A DNA stretch of 63,637 nucleotides, the filler included, from Chrysochromulina tobinii (taxonomy: Eukaryota), in NCBI GenBank assembly GCA_001275005.1. It is 10 parts of 10 records of this genome, joined end to end, with 100 filler letters (N's around TTAATTAATTAA, not from the genome) between each part and the next. Parts side by side here need not be neighbours in the genome. Positions count along the whole stretch, not along the records: positions 20,224 to 24,840 come from JWZX01000094.1; positions 24,941 to 39,332 come from JWZX01000095.1; 8 more parts are not named here. One strand, written 5' to 3'. Positions 21,842-31,438 of this stretch are shown here, piece after piece. Numbering within the stretch: the stretch's first letter is position 1; each line of letters opens with the position of its first letter. A program made the translations under genes and the position numbers. Under the pieces are notes generated by a model. The model saw only the letters and a list, made by a program, of their open reading frames with translations. It was not told where the DNA came from and ran no database searches.

Positions 21842-21993
21842 TCAATTGCATCCATCCTCCCCGCCGCGGCGTCAATTCGTCAATTGCATCCATCCTCCCC
21901 GCCGCGGCGTCGATTCGTCAATTGCATCCATCCTCCCCGCCGCGGCGTCGATTCGTCAATTGCATCCATCCTCCCCGCCGCGGCGTCGATTCG
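21842..21993. repeat. Four tandem 38-bp repeats overlapping the 3' end of the Mpv17/PMP22 gene
   Basis: TCAATTGCATCCATCCTCCCCGCCGCGGCGTCGATTCG x4, head-to-tail, no spacers. Confidence 0.95.
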
Positions 21994-22992
21994 CTCCATC
22001 GCCTCCACCACTCGCCTCGCCGCGTCCGTGTGCTCCATCGCTGCGACCACGCGCGCCGCGTCCGTCCGCATCGCGTCGATCGCGTCCATCGCGGCCACCA
22101 CCAGCATGGCATCTCGGGCCATCTCAGTACGGCGCTCAGTACGGCGCTCTTCTTGCGCTTGCGCGTCCGCAGTGGCCAGGGCGATAGCTAGCTTAGGCTC
22201 CAGATGAGTCACCCATGAGATGTACGTCGAGAAGGCCATCGAGAGCACGCCCGTTGTGAACGGGCGGACCAGGGGCGGTATGAGGGCGAATGCGACGAGG
22301 TTGTATGGGAAGAAAGTCTTGAGCTCGCTCTTCATCACGGGTATGAAGTTGTCGCTGATCGATTCGGCGGCGCTCGCGAGACCTCTGCCCTCGCTGAGCG
22401 GGGTGAGTGCCAGGTATAGTGTGTTGGCGATCGGCGCCCACACGCAGACGTCGAGGGTCGCCTTGACGACAACGAGGAGCGAGTCGGCGACGGTGTCCAG
22501 ACCAACGGAGTGCGCCGGTCCACTGAGCTCGAAGGCGCGCAGGACGGGCTCGTACAGCCAGAGTGGCAGGTCGACGAAGCTCGCGGCCGCATGTGACTCG
22601 ATCACTGGCAGCTGGTCCTCGAGGTAGCGGAGCCACGTCGCCGTCCCAAGCCCACCTATGATTACTCCCAGCGTGCCCATCCTGAGCGTGCGTCGCCAGT
22701 CTAGAGAGATGGGCGCGCCGTTGCCATCGCCGCTCGACGTTTCGAGGCACTGCGCCATCACGTCCCCAAGCGAGACGAGGCCCAGGGCTTGCAGACACGT
22801 GGTCGGATAGTAGTGGTTGTGCAGAGCCGTGATGTACGTTGTTGCAAGATCGAAAGACATCTTCGTCGTAGGCGCGCGTGACGTGGTCAATGCCGCAGCA
22901 ACGGGTTGAGCTCGCAGCAAAGGCTTGGGCATGAATGCCAATGCGGTGGAGCATGAGACGCAGAGGATTGCAGCGAGTAAAGCCTTGGACAT
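21880..22992 (-). CDS. Mpv17/PMP22 family membrane protein with bipartite (plastid-type) leader
   Basis: LGDVMAQ, DWRRTLRM, KATLDVCVWAP, FFPYNLVAFALIPPLVRP; leader MSKALLAAILCVSCSTALAF. Confidence 0.85.
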   Translation of the reverse strand: MSKALLAAILCVSCSTALAFMPKPLLRAQPVAAALTTSRAPTTKMSFDLATTYITALHNHYYPTTCLQALGLVSLGDVMAQCLETSSGDGNGAPISLDWRRTLRMGTLGVIIGGLGTATWLRYLEDQLPVIESHAAASFVDLPLWLYEPVLRAFELSGPAHSVGLDTVADSLLVVVKATLDVCVWAPIANTLYLALTPLSEGRGLASAAESISDNFIPVMKSELKTFFPYNLVAFALIPPLVRPFTTGVLSMAFSTYISWVTHLEPKLAIALATADAQAQEERRTERRTEMARDAMLVVAAMDAIDAMRTDAARVVAAMEHTDAARRVVEAMERIDAAAGRMDAIDESTPRRGGWMQLTNRRRGGEDGCN

Positions 22993-23293
22993 GGTGCAGC
23001 AGCGAGTTCCTACCTTGGACGCGGTGATGAAAGGTTGTGCGCGACACACAAGGTGATCGCCTTCTCGGAGTCTCGGAGAAGATTCATGGACATCGTGACA
23101 TGCGAGCAATCGGAAATGTCCACGAAATACGTTTTCTGAGTTCTCTCGGTGCGTGGTGCAAACTATCAAATATGGCTATGTCACACGTGCGTGCGTGCGT
23201 GATTTTGCGCGTGAGCTCCTGCGTGTGGCTACCATGGTACGGGTATCTGGTTGAGCCAGGCTGCGAAATAACGATTTCACCACACCTCCGCTA

Positions 23294-23338
23294 ACACTGT
23301 CTCAAAGGACGGCTCCGCAGCCCTCGGTCAACACAAGT
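23294..23338 (+). repeat. Fragment of repeat family A
   Basis: CACTGTCTCAAAGGACGGCTCCGCAGCCCTCGGTCAACACAAG matches 3449-3492. Confidence 0.8.
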
Positions 23339-23408
23339 TTCTGAGATCTCGCTCCCGTGTGTGATGTGATCAAAGACTGTGAAATGAATTGAATTCACAC
23401 GGCGGCGC

Positions 23409-24257
23409 ATGGCTTCCGGCTCGGTGGCGCTCGCCTTGTGCCAGAACCAACCCATCAAGCACCGCAACAACCTCACGCGAGCCGTCCTTGCACGATCCGC
23501 CGGCGCTGTCCACCAGCGCCGTCTCTCAGCCGTCTCTTCTCGCGAGACGCCCTTGTCGCAGGTTTTTCGAGCGGCAGGCCGGTGCTCGGATGCGTCGATC
23601 ACTATCAATCAAGGTGGGCCGCGCACGCCACCCTCGCTGGTTCACCTGGAGCGCTGGGTGCCTGTGAGGCACACAGTCTTCCGCCACTTCGATCACTTGT
23701 ATGAGGCGAACCTGTGGATGTACTTTGACTTCCACGCGTATCGACAGTTCGTGAACAGTTCGAGAACACAGCGGTTGGATCCGACACAGCTGCCGCCGCA
23801 TCTGTTGTGGTACCTACCGAATCGCACGCTCATCATGTCCGATTCGATCGATCTCGCGCGCTACATCGGCCAGCGCAACTACAATCCGACGAGCGCCGAC
23901 TACCGCAGCAAACTCGCCCTCATGCATGCCGCGTCACGTGTGCTCACTGAGGTCGATACGATCGTCTTCACCCATCACGTCGATAAGGGGGAAGCGTGTG
24001 GTCTGCGCTGCTGCGCTACTGACCATGCAACGGCCACTCGACGATACCCTGACTACAAGCCGCGCAACGCCAGCAAAGCAAGTCAAGACAAACCATGGCA
24101 CACCGTGTATTACACGGAGCTGGTGGCGCTGCGCGACTTCAGGCCGTACACCTGCCCTGCGCATCCGGCGCTCTGGCGCCCTCAGCATCGGCCCAGAGCG
24201 CCTCGCTGCCCGTGTACCCACCCCACGGTCGGTGGAAAGGCTCTAGGGGTGTGCTGA
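23409..24257 (+). CDS. Hypothetical protein
   Basis: 282-aa ORF with coding-like GC3 bias; no recognised motif. Confidence 0.5.
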   Translation: MASGSVALALCQNQPIKHRNNLTRAVLARSAGAVHQRRLSAVSSRETPLSQVFRAAGRCSDASITINQGGPRTPPSLVHLERWVPVRHTVFRHFDHLYEANLWMYFDFHAYRQFVNSSRTQRLDPTQLPPHLLWYLPNRTLIMSDSIDLARYIGQRNYNPTSADYRSKLALMHAASRVLTEVDTIVFTHHVDKGEACGLRCCATDHATATRRYPDYKPRNASKASQDKPWHTVYYTELVALRDFRPYTCPAHPALWRPQHRPRAPRCPCTHPTVGGKALGVC

Positions 24258-24261
24258 CTCG

Positions 24262-24840
24262 TTGGTGAGCGCTGTTGAGCCGCGGGCAGCGCACCTCGTC
24301 CCGTCGAGTCTGGCCTCTGCTCAGGGTGTGCACCGGCCTTTGTCGCTGCCCCAGCACCAGCTCTCCATCGGCTTGCTCCAGCCCTTCTACGTGCTTGCCT
24401 ACAACTGGGACACGCCATCGAGCCCGCTCGGGTGCCACGACGACGACGTCGACGCACGCCAGCTCGTGATGCACATGCACCGTGGCTGCTGCCGAAGGGC
24501 ATTCGACCCGTCCGTCATCACCTGCCCCTGGCTCGAGGCCACCGCACACCTGTGCAAGCCGAGCCAGTCCTGGACGATCTGGACGATCGCGTCCAGATTT
24601 TGCCTGGGCACATGCGAGAACTACTGCCACTCCGTCAACGGCACCATCCCCACCACCACCCCCTCAGTGCTTTCGTCGGCGCTCTTCGACGACCTGAGCG
24701 ACTTTCGGACGGTCCTCACGACGGAGCTCGGCCTCGACCCAAAGGCCATCCGCGACATCGCCTCTCTTCCTTCGGATCGCACACGGCGTCTCAACCACAC
24801 AGAGGCGGCAAGGCTACTCGAGGTGCCGGGACCGACCCCG
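24262..24840 (+). CDS. Hypothetical protein (3'-partial)
   Basis: Open to the spacer with GC3-biased codons. Confidence 0.4.
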
Positions 24841-24940
24841 NNNNNNNNNNNNNNNNNNNNNNNNNNNNNNNNNNNNNNNNNNNNTTAATTAATTAANNNN
24901 NNNNNNNNNNNNNNNNNNNNNNNNNNNNNNNNNNNNNNNN

Positions 24941-25757
24941 CGGCCGCCGCAGCAGCAGCCGGAAAAGCCTCGGGTTCCGCCTCCGCCACCTCCGCCTCCG
25001 CTCCGCTGCCACGGCAGCCGCCTCCGCCTCCGCTGCCACGGCAGCCGCCTCAGCCGATGCCGCCTTGGCGGCCACTGCTTCAGCCGCCGCCGCTGCCGCA
25101 GCCGCCTCCTCCGCCTCCGCCGCTTCGGCCGCCGCAGCAGCAGCCGGAGCTGCCTCAGCTTCCGCCTCCGCCTCCGCCTCCGCCTCCGCCTCCTCTGTGG
25201 CTGCTGCCTCGGCCTTTGCCGCCGCCGCTGCCGCAGCCGCTGCCGCCTCAGCCGCCGCCGCCGCCTCAGCCGCCGCCTCCTCCGCCTCCGCCGCTTCGGC
25301 CGCCGCAGCAGCAGCCGGAGTTGCCTCAGCTTCCGCCTCCGCCACTTCCGCCTCCGCTGCCACGGCAGCCGCCTCCGCCTCCGCTGCCACGGGAGCCGCC
25401 TCAGCCGATGCCGCCACGGCGGCCACTGCTTCAGCCACCGCCGCCTCAGCCGCCGCCTCCTCCGTCTCCGCCGCTTCGGCCGCCGCAGCAGCAGCCGGAA
25501 GAGCCTCGGGTTCCGCCTCCGCCACCTCCGCCTCCGCATCCGCTGCCACGGCAGCCGCCTCCGCCTCCGCTGCCACGGCAGCCGCCTCAGCCGATGCCGC
25601 CTCGGCGGCCACTGCTTCAGCCGCCGCCGCCTCAGCCTCCGCCTCCGCCGCACCCGCAGCCGCCTCGGCCGCCGCCGCCGCCGCCGGAGCTGCCTCAGCC
25701 TCCGCCGCCTCGGCCGCCTCGGCCGTCGCCGCCAGTCCATCATCGTCGTCGACCATG
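24941..25757 (-). CDS. Ala/Glu-rich repetitive low-complexity ORF (partial); coding strand uncertain
   Basis: Internally repeated ~180-bp GC-rich units, open in several frames. Confidence 0.35.
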
Positions 25758-25868
25758 GTGACGCCGATTTGAGGCTTGTCGGATTCCGCGCGTACCGGTA
25801 TCGATAGCGTCCTGCGCGCATATGAAACGGCTTCACCGATGGGACGTCGAATCCTAATTTCAGGACGA

Positions 25869-26849
25869 CTAAAACAGGACCTCTTCCGATGGGACGGGCT
25901 CCGCGCGAGCCACGAGGCATCGCTCCTCCGGCTGCTCTCCGCCAAGAAACACGGGCAGCTCGGCGCGGTCGACGCGCTCCAGCATGGCCGTGAGCGACTG
26001 GCTGGAGCTCCAGATGCTCACCTTGTCGCGGCTGCGTTGGGGGAGCAGCGGCGATACCAACGACCACGCGCCCGCAAAGAGCCGCGGCGCGTTCACGATC
26101 AATACCTTGGACACCCCCTCGGGGAAATACTCGGGCCCAAACGCGATCAGGCTCTTGATGGTGCCGATGTGCCGGATGGTGGAGAACGAGAGCCCCGCCA
26201 TGTCGAGGATCAGGAGGCATTTGACGAAACTGCCGGCGAGGGCTGAGCAGACTCGCACCGTCCTGAAAATGCCTTCCAGGTTAGCCGCCGCTGAATCCAT
26301 CATCAGCTCCATCAGCCGAGGTTGCCGTGAGAAGCCAGCCAGGTCTGCACGGCCGATGCGCATCACAAAGTAGGGAATTCCTGCCTTGTCGAGGCCGCCT
26401 AAGCCACCTGTACTATACGCACGAGCAGCGGCATGCTTGGCGCTCGGCGTGGCAAGCGGGTGCAGCTCCACAAATATTTTGTTGATGCCCTTGCTAACCC
26501 GCCAGTGCATTGCGTTCCGAAACATCAGTTCGGCAGCATCGAGACTGGCGGGCCGAGCCACGATGAAGCGTTGGATCGTAAAGTCATCCAGGTGCGCCAT
26601 CGCTTCCGCTCGCGCTGCCTCGCTCCACGTGGCCATGCCATCATCGCCCGTCTGATCTATTGTTGCCTCAATCTTGTTTCTTAGCGCATCGACGGCCGCC
26701 TGCTCGTCCTCAGTGAACGCGCCCGCAGGTGCCCTTTGCGGCTCGACGCGCAGGACTGCCGGCGTCGACGGCGCCATCCTGAACACCGAATCCATCGCGA
26801 GGGGCGGCGGCGGCGGCGGAGGCGCGGCAAAAGTCAGATCGTGCACCAT
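25869..26849 (-). CDS. CRAL-TRIO (Sec14-like) lipid-binding protein
   Basis: IQRFIVAR..AMHWR, GLDKAGIP, ILDMAGLS, YFPEGVSKVLIVNAP, LLPQRSRDKV, ELPVFLGG. Confidence 0.9.
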   Translation of the reverse strand: MVHDLTFAAPPPPPPPLAMDSVFRMAPSTPAVLRVEPQRAPAGAFTEDEQAAVDALRNKIEATIDQTGDDGMATWSEAARAEAMAHLDDFTIQRFIVARPASLDAAELMFRNAMHWRVSKGINKIFVELHPLATPSAKHAAARAYSTGGLGGLDKAGIPYFVMRIGRADLAGFSRQPRLMELMMDSAAANLEGIFRTVRVCSALAGSFVKCLLILDMAGLSFSTIRHIGTIKSLIAFGPEYFPEGVSKVLIVNAPRLFAGAWSLVSPLLPQRSRDKVSIWSSSQSLTAMLERVDRAELPVFLGGEQPEERCLVARAEPVPSEEVLF

Positions 26850-26987
26850 CGCGGGCGGCGGATGCGGAATCTTAGATCCATGTAGAGTCCATGTTCAACA
26901 AAATCCAGTCCCACAATCATGCCTACCTCGGGGGTAGAAGGACTGCGGCCCCTCGCTTGACGTGTTGCGAAAATATCTCGCGGCAAG

Positions 26988-27917
26988 ATGAGGGTGCTCA
27001 CTTTCCTTGCCTTCATCTCCTCGACGCAATCGCTCCTTCTGTCGCTGCCGCGCACAGTGCCAGCGCACGTGCACGCACATGCTGCAACGCACGCTCCTGC
27101 TCGGTCGGGCATCGTGCGGCTTGCCAGCGATGACGACCCTGCGCCACCCGAGGTGATCCAGGCGGAGGACAATGCGACTCCAAATCGCAAGTACAGGCTC
27201 GCCACGGCCGCAGTGGGCGTCACTGTGAGTGCTGCCACGGCCGGCGCAGCGATTGCCACGCTCAGCGGCCAGTACGAATTCGGAGACGTCATGCTCTTTG
27301 GCAGCCCGGTCGTGACTCTCGTGGTTGACGTGCTGGTCGGCGGCACCTCGGCGTGGGCGTGGCAGCAGGAGCAGAAGACGAAGCGCGAGAACATCGCGCG
27401 CATCTGGGAGGAGGTGAAGCGCCGGCGCACTGGAGGCGCCACCGAGGGAGCCAACCGCCTCCAGCGACGCGCCAAGAAGGTCCTCGTGCCGGGTGGCGCA
27501 ATGCCCGGCGCAGGTGGCTTTGGAGCGCAGCCACGGAGCGCACCTGCCCGCCCGAAGGCGAGCCCGAAGGCGGCCGCGCCCTCGGCGGCGCCGCGCGTCC
27601 CGGCCGCAGCCCCTCCAGCCGAGGAGCCGGCGACGGTCACCGGCGCGGACAGTGGAGGGCTGTTCGCAAACGCACGAGCTTTTTTAGAGGAAGCGAATGC
27701 GCTCGGGAAGGCGCAGGCGATCAGTCTGAATGCGCAGCTCGAGGACGCGGGCGTGCTGCCGCCGGTGGCGCCTAGGCCTCCGGCGCCGACCACGATGGAT
27801 GTGCCAGCACCCGCAGCGGAGGTGGCGCCGGCGGGTGCGCCTCTGGACGGTGCTGTCGGCGCACGGACGCCGGCCAAGGGCAAGGCGAAAAAGGGTGGGA
27901 GCAAGAAAAAGAAATAA
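26988..27917 (+). CDS. Signal-peptide membrane protein, possibly LPA1/DUF3493-like (plastid)
   Basis: Signal peptide and two TM helices; VDVLVGGTSAWAWQQEQKTKRENIARI resembles the LPA1-type second TM/exit motif. Confidence 0.5.
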   Translation: MRVLTFLAFISSTQSLLLSLPRTVPAHVHAHAATHAPARSGIVRLASDDDPAPPEVIQAEDNATPNRKYRLATAAVGVTVSAATAGAAIATLSGQYEFGDVMLFGSPVVTLVVDVLVGGTSAWAWQQEQKTKRENIARIWEEVKRRRTGGATEGANRLQRRAKKVLVPGGAMPGAGGFGAQPRSAPARPKASPKAAAPSAAPRVPAAAPPAEEPATVTGADSGGLFANARAFLEEANALGKAQAISLNAQLEDAGVLPPVAPRPPAPTTMDVPAPAAEVAPAGAPLDGAVGARTPAKGKAKKGGSKKKK

Positions 27918-28210
27918 GTGAGTGCGGGTCGGGTGGAGATCAAGTGGGCTGTGCCAGTCGTCGGCGTGTCGTAGGCGTAGGCCCGTTGGAATATCAGACC
28001 CAATTTGCCCCAATTTGCTACTTGGAACATTCCACGCAATCCCGAATGCGCGATGGCCGAAACGGCGCGCAAATGACCCTGCGTGGGTGGAGCCGAGCTC
28101 CTGCTTCGAACCCCCCACTTCACACACGATGATGCTCGTCCCATATTTACACCTGGAGGTCCACGCCCCCTGCGTGCTGGTGTGTATTCACATGAATTAA
28201 CAGGCCCGTA

Positions 28211-30679
28211 ATGGCTGCCCCAGTCGAGGACGGCGCCGTGCGGCTGCGCGTGCCATCGCGCCCACTGCTCGCGGTCGAGCACCCTTGCTACGTCGTCAAC
28301 GCCGAGCGCGGAATGCGCATGCTCGGCGGGCTGCCCGCGATCGCGCGGGCGAGCGCCTCCAACAGCGACTGCATGGAGTGCTTCCTGCGGCCTGACGACC
28401 CGCTCTCGCACCCGCTCTTTGGCGTGCTCGCGCCGACGCCGGGCTTCCTCCTCAAGGTGACGCGCCGGCCGGGCTCCACGACCGCTGGCGAGGCGATCAC
28501 CGCCGAGGTGATCGGCACCGTCGCATCGAGCTACCGCTTCGAAGGGCTGGCGGACTACCAGTACGTGAGCGACGGCGCGGTGCGCGCCGCGCTCGACGTG
28601 AGCCCGCGCGCGGCCAACGAGCCCTTTGACCTCGTCGAGAGCCTGCGCCCGCTCGAGGCCCACGCGCTGCGTATCCCGCCCGCGCTCTTCTCGATGTACG
28701 ACACGCCGCTCGAGTACCTTCCGAGGAGCCAACGGGCCAACGTTCGTGTGGGTACGCAAGGCGCGCCCGAGGCCTCTAGCGCCGTGACGAGCGCGCCGCA
28801 CGCCAAGGCGGCGAGCACGCGCGCTGCGGGCGCAGGCGGCCCGATCCCGCCGCGCCGTCGGCGCGCGCAGGCGGGCCGTGCGGTGCCGATGCACTTTGGA
28901 CAGCGTGTCGAGTTTGGTACGGACCCGACGCCCCTCGCTCCGCCGGAGGCGATTGCCAGGACGATCGACCCACACGATGAGCTCTTTGTGGCGATGAAGG
29001 CCAAGTTCGCCCTGCGCCCCATCTGGTCGCGCCAGGCCCTACGGGCCTCGCTGCCCAGCGCACTCTACCTGACGGAGGAACGTCTCCGCTTCCGGCTACC
29101 CCAACTCGCGTACTATTTTGCCTCGGGCCCGTGGCGCATGTGCTGGATCGCCTTTGGATACGACCCACGCGCCTCGCCCGACGCGCGGATCTACCAGGTG
29201 CTCGACATGCGCCTGCCCTCCGAGTTTGACGAACTCGTGCCACGTAAAAGCGAGCGCTCGAGGATCGGTGCTCCCGCGCGCCTTCGCCAAGCGGTCGCCA
29301 GCCGAGGCTCCCAGGCGGCTGGCAATGGCGGCGCCGGCGGGGGAGGGGGCGGCGGCGGCGGCGGCGGCGGCGCGGGCGGCGGCGGCGTGGGCGGCGGCGC
29401 AGCTGAGTGCGCGGGTAGCGGCGGCGGCAGCAGCAGCAGCGCAGCCGACGGCCGAGGTGCGACCGGCGATGTGCCCGCGACGGCGCCCGAGGGAGGCGGC
29501 GCATCTGAAGACGAGGGGGACGAGGGGGAGGCGCCGTCGTGGGCACGCGGCCAGGTGCCGGGAGATCAGAATCTGCCGACACAGCGCCACGTGTACTTCC
29601 AGATGTGCGACTTCAAAGGAGACGAGCTCGTGCAGCTGGTCCACGAGGAGATTGCACCGGAGTTTGCTCTGCCGCCGCAGCCCGCCGGCGGCAGCGGTGG
29701 CGGCAGCGGTGGCGGCAGCTGCGGTGGCAGCGGCAGTGGTCCGGCGCGCCCTCATGAGAAATTCGGATGGTACTCGCAATCAACGATCGAGAACCTCCGC
29801 CGGCTCCTCAAGCAATCCCTCCAAACCCTAGCCAAGGCCCAGAGCGATCCCACGGCCGCGTCGACCCACGCGCTTGGTCAGCCGACCTCGCGGGCCCTGT
29901 TGCAGCACTCAGCACCTCCGCCCACCTCCTCCGCCGCCGCCGCTGCCTACACGCCCAGCGCCGTCGTGGGCATCGCGCCCGGCACGGCGCGGGCCTCGAG
30001 TGTAGCTGTGAAGGGTACCACGGCTGCCGTGCCGCCACCCGCCGCTATGGAGAGCCGAATGCATGCTCATTTGGGCCGAGGCGCGCTGCGGTTGCCGGTT
30101 GAGGCGGCAGGAGGCAGCCTGGCGGCAACGGCTGGAGGGCTCCCAGCGGTGGGGGCTGTGGAAGGCATCTCGGCGGCCTCGGATGGCCTTGTGGAAGGCA
30201 TCTCGGCAGCCTCGGATGATCTTGTGGAAGGCGTGGCGGCGGCGGCGCCGTTGGCGTTTGGAATCTTTGGGGACGACGTTCACGACATGGAGGACGACAT
30301 GGAGGAGGAAGAGGACCTCGCCGCTGGACACGTTGGCGCGGAGCGCGTGCTCGTGGGCGTGGGCGCCATGTTGGGCGCAGACGAGGCGGGCTTGGGTCAG
30401 AGAGGGGCGAAGCGAGGACGCGAGGAGGAGGAGGGCGAGGAGGAGGAGGACGTGGAGGGCGAGGAGGGCGAGGAGGGTGAGGAGGGGGGCGAGGAGGAGG
30501 TGGCAATGGCTGGAGTGGGCGCAGGCGTGAGGAACGACGGCGAGGAGGACGGCGAGGAGGACGAGGACGAGGTGGGCGAGGATGACGGAGAGGTGGAGGA
30601 GGCCGAAGTTGGAGAGGACGAGGGAGAGGAGGAGGACGAGGAGGAAGAGGAGGAGGGGCTCATTTTCCGCACGGGTTGA
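28211..30679 (+). CDS. GTF3C5: RNA polymerase III transcription factor IIIC subunit 5 (Tau95/Tfc1)
   Basis: VEHPCYV, RPDDPLSHP, FEGLADYQY, RPIWSRQAL, YYFASGPWRMCWIAFGYDPR; acidic C-terminal tail. Confidence 0.9.
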   Translation: MAAPVEDGAVRLRVPSRPLLAVEHPCYVVNAERGMRMLGGLPAIARASASNSDCMECFLRPDDPLSHPLFGVLAPTPGFLLKVTRRPGSTTAGEAITAEVIGTVASSYRFEGLADYQYVSDGAVRAALDVSPRAANEPFDLVESLRPLEAHALRIPPALFSMYDTPLEYLPRSQRANVRVGTQGAPEASSAVTSAPHAKAASTRAAGAGGPIPPRRRRAQAGRAVPMHFGQRVEFGTDPTPLAPPEAIARTIDPHDELFVAMKAKFALRPIWSRQALRASLPSALYLTEERLRFRLPQLAYYFASGPWRMCWIAFGYDPRASPDARIYQVLDMRLPSEFDELVPRKSERSRIGAPARLRQAVASRGSQAAGNGGAGGGGGGGGGGGGAGGGGVGGGAAECAGSGGGSSSSAADGRGATGDVPATAPEGGGASEDEGDEGEAPSWARGQVPGDQNLPTQRHVYFQMCDFKGDELVQLVHEEIAPEFALPPQPAGGSGGGSGGGSCGGSGSGPARPHEKFGWYSQSTIENLRRLLKQSLQTLAKAQSDPTAASTHALGQPTSRALLQHSAPPPTSSAAAAAYTPSAVVGIAPGTARASSVAVKGTTAAVPPPAAMESRMHAHLGRGALRLPVEAAGGSLAATAGGLPAVGAVEGISAASDGLVEGISAASDDLVEGVAAAAPLAFGIFGDDVHDMEDDMEEEEDLAAGHVGAERVLVGVGAMLGADEAGLGQRGAKRGREEEEGEEEEDVEGEEGEEGEEGGEEEVAMAGVGAGVRNDGEEDGEEDEDEVGEDDGEVEEAEVGEDEGEEEDEEEEEEGLIFRTG

Positions 30680-30786
30680 GCCCACTAGATGCGTGCCACG
30701 TGCGTGGCGGAGAATCTATGTGCCCGTAACGGCGCGTGTAAACTTGACATAAATGGTCTCGAGAAAGAGCTCGAGAAAGAGCAGCA

Positions 30787-31230
30787 ATGGGTTGCTGTCA
30801 GTCCTCCGAGGAAGGAGGCAGCAACGCGTCCGCTCAACCGATCAACACGCTGGCCTTCAGCAACAAGCAGTCGAAGCCCATCGGGGATGAGAACATTCCG
30901 CCTGCAAAGCGGGTGGTCTTTGGCATCGTCTACCCGGAGGAAACTAATGCGCGATCAGTGTGGATGTACTTCAATGTGGACAAGCCCGTCGAAGCGCTGA
31001 TTGTCAGCGCGGCTGGGCAGGCTGGTTTGCGGCTCGACAAGGGCAAGCTCCTTGGATCACCGCAACGTCTAAACCTCTTCACACTGGAAGGCGACACGGT
31101 CCGGCTTGATCTGGAGATTGACGCGCACATGGGCCGCACGCTGCACGTGGGAGACGTGCTGGTGCTCGAAAAGGGCAACCGAATGGAGTCCTCGCGGCTG
31201 GAGGCCATCAAATCGATGCACGCAAGGTAA
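30787..31230 (+). CDS. Small ubiquitin-like-domain protein (ZFAND1/Cuz1 C-terminal type) with MGCC acylation motif
   Basis: PIGDENIPPAKRVVFGIVYP..MYFNVDKPVEALIVSAA resembles the ZFAND1 UBL; N-terminus MGCCQS. Confidence 0.6.
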   Translation: MGCCQSSEEGGSNASAQPINTLAFSNKQSKPIGDENIPPAKRVVFGIVYPEETNARSVWMYFNVDKPVEALIVSAAGQAGLRLDKGKLLGSPQRLNLFTLEGDTVRLDLEIDAHMGRTLHVGDVLVLEKGNRMESSRLEAIKSMHAR

Positions 31231-31438
31231 ACGAGTCGGCTCTTCCCGGTTGTGCATGCGGCGTGCGGCATGGGGCATGTACTTGTGGTGGTCTCCCAGC
31301 ACTCACGCACGACCAGTGCGCCGGCATCGCGGAAGCCCATCGCGACACCAGTGCGGCACACGCGGGCTCCGGTTGGCCTCGGATACTAGGGGTCCCTACT
31401 GGGACGTTAGTACGAATTGTATCATAAATCCTGTCGTG

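Noticed and set aside
21842..21993. CRISPR array (38-bp repeats)
   Set aside because: No spacers, no cas genes, and it overlaps a eukaryotic CDS.
25057..25772. Plus-strand Pro-rich or Ser/Ala-rich protein
   Set aside because: Low-complexity repeat open in multiple frames; no basis to prefer these readings.
26834..28975. 713-aa minus-strand ORF and many similar long shadow ORFs
   Set aside because: Antisense to well-supported genes in high-GC DNA; no motifs.
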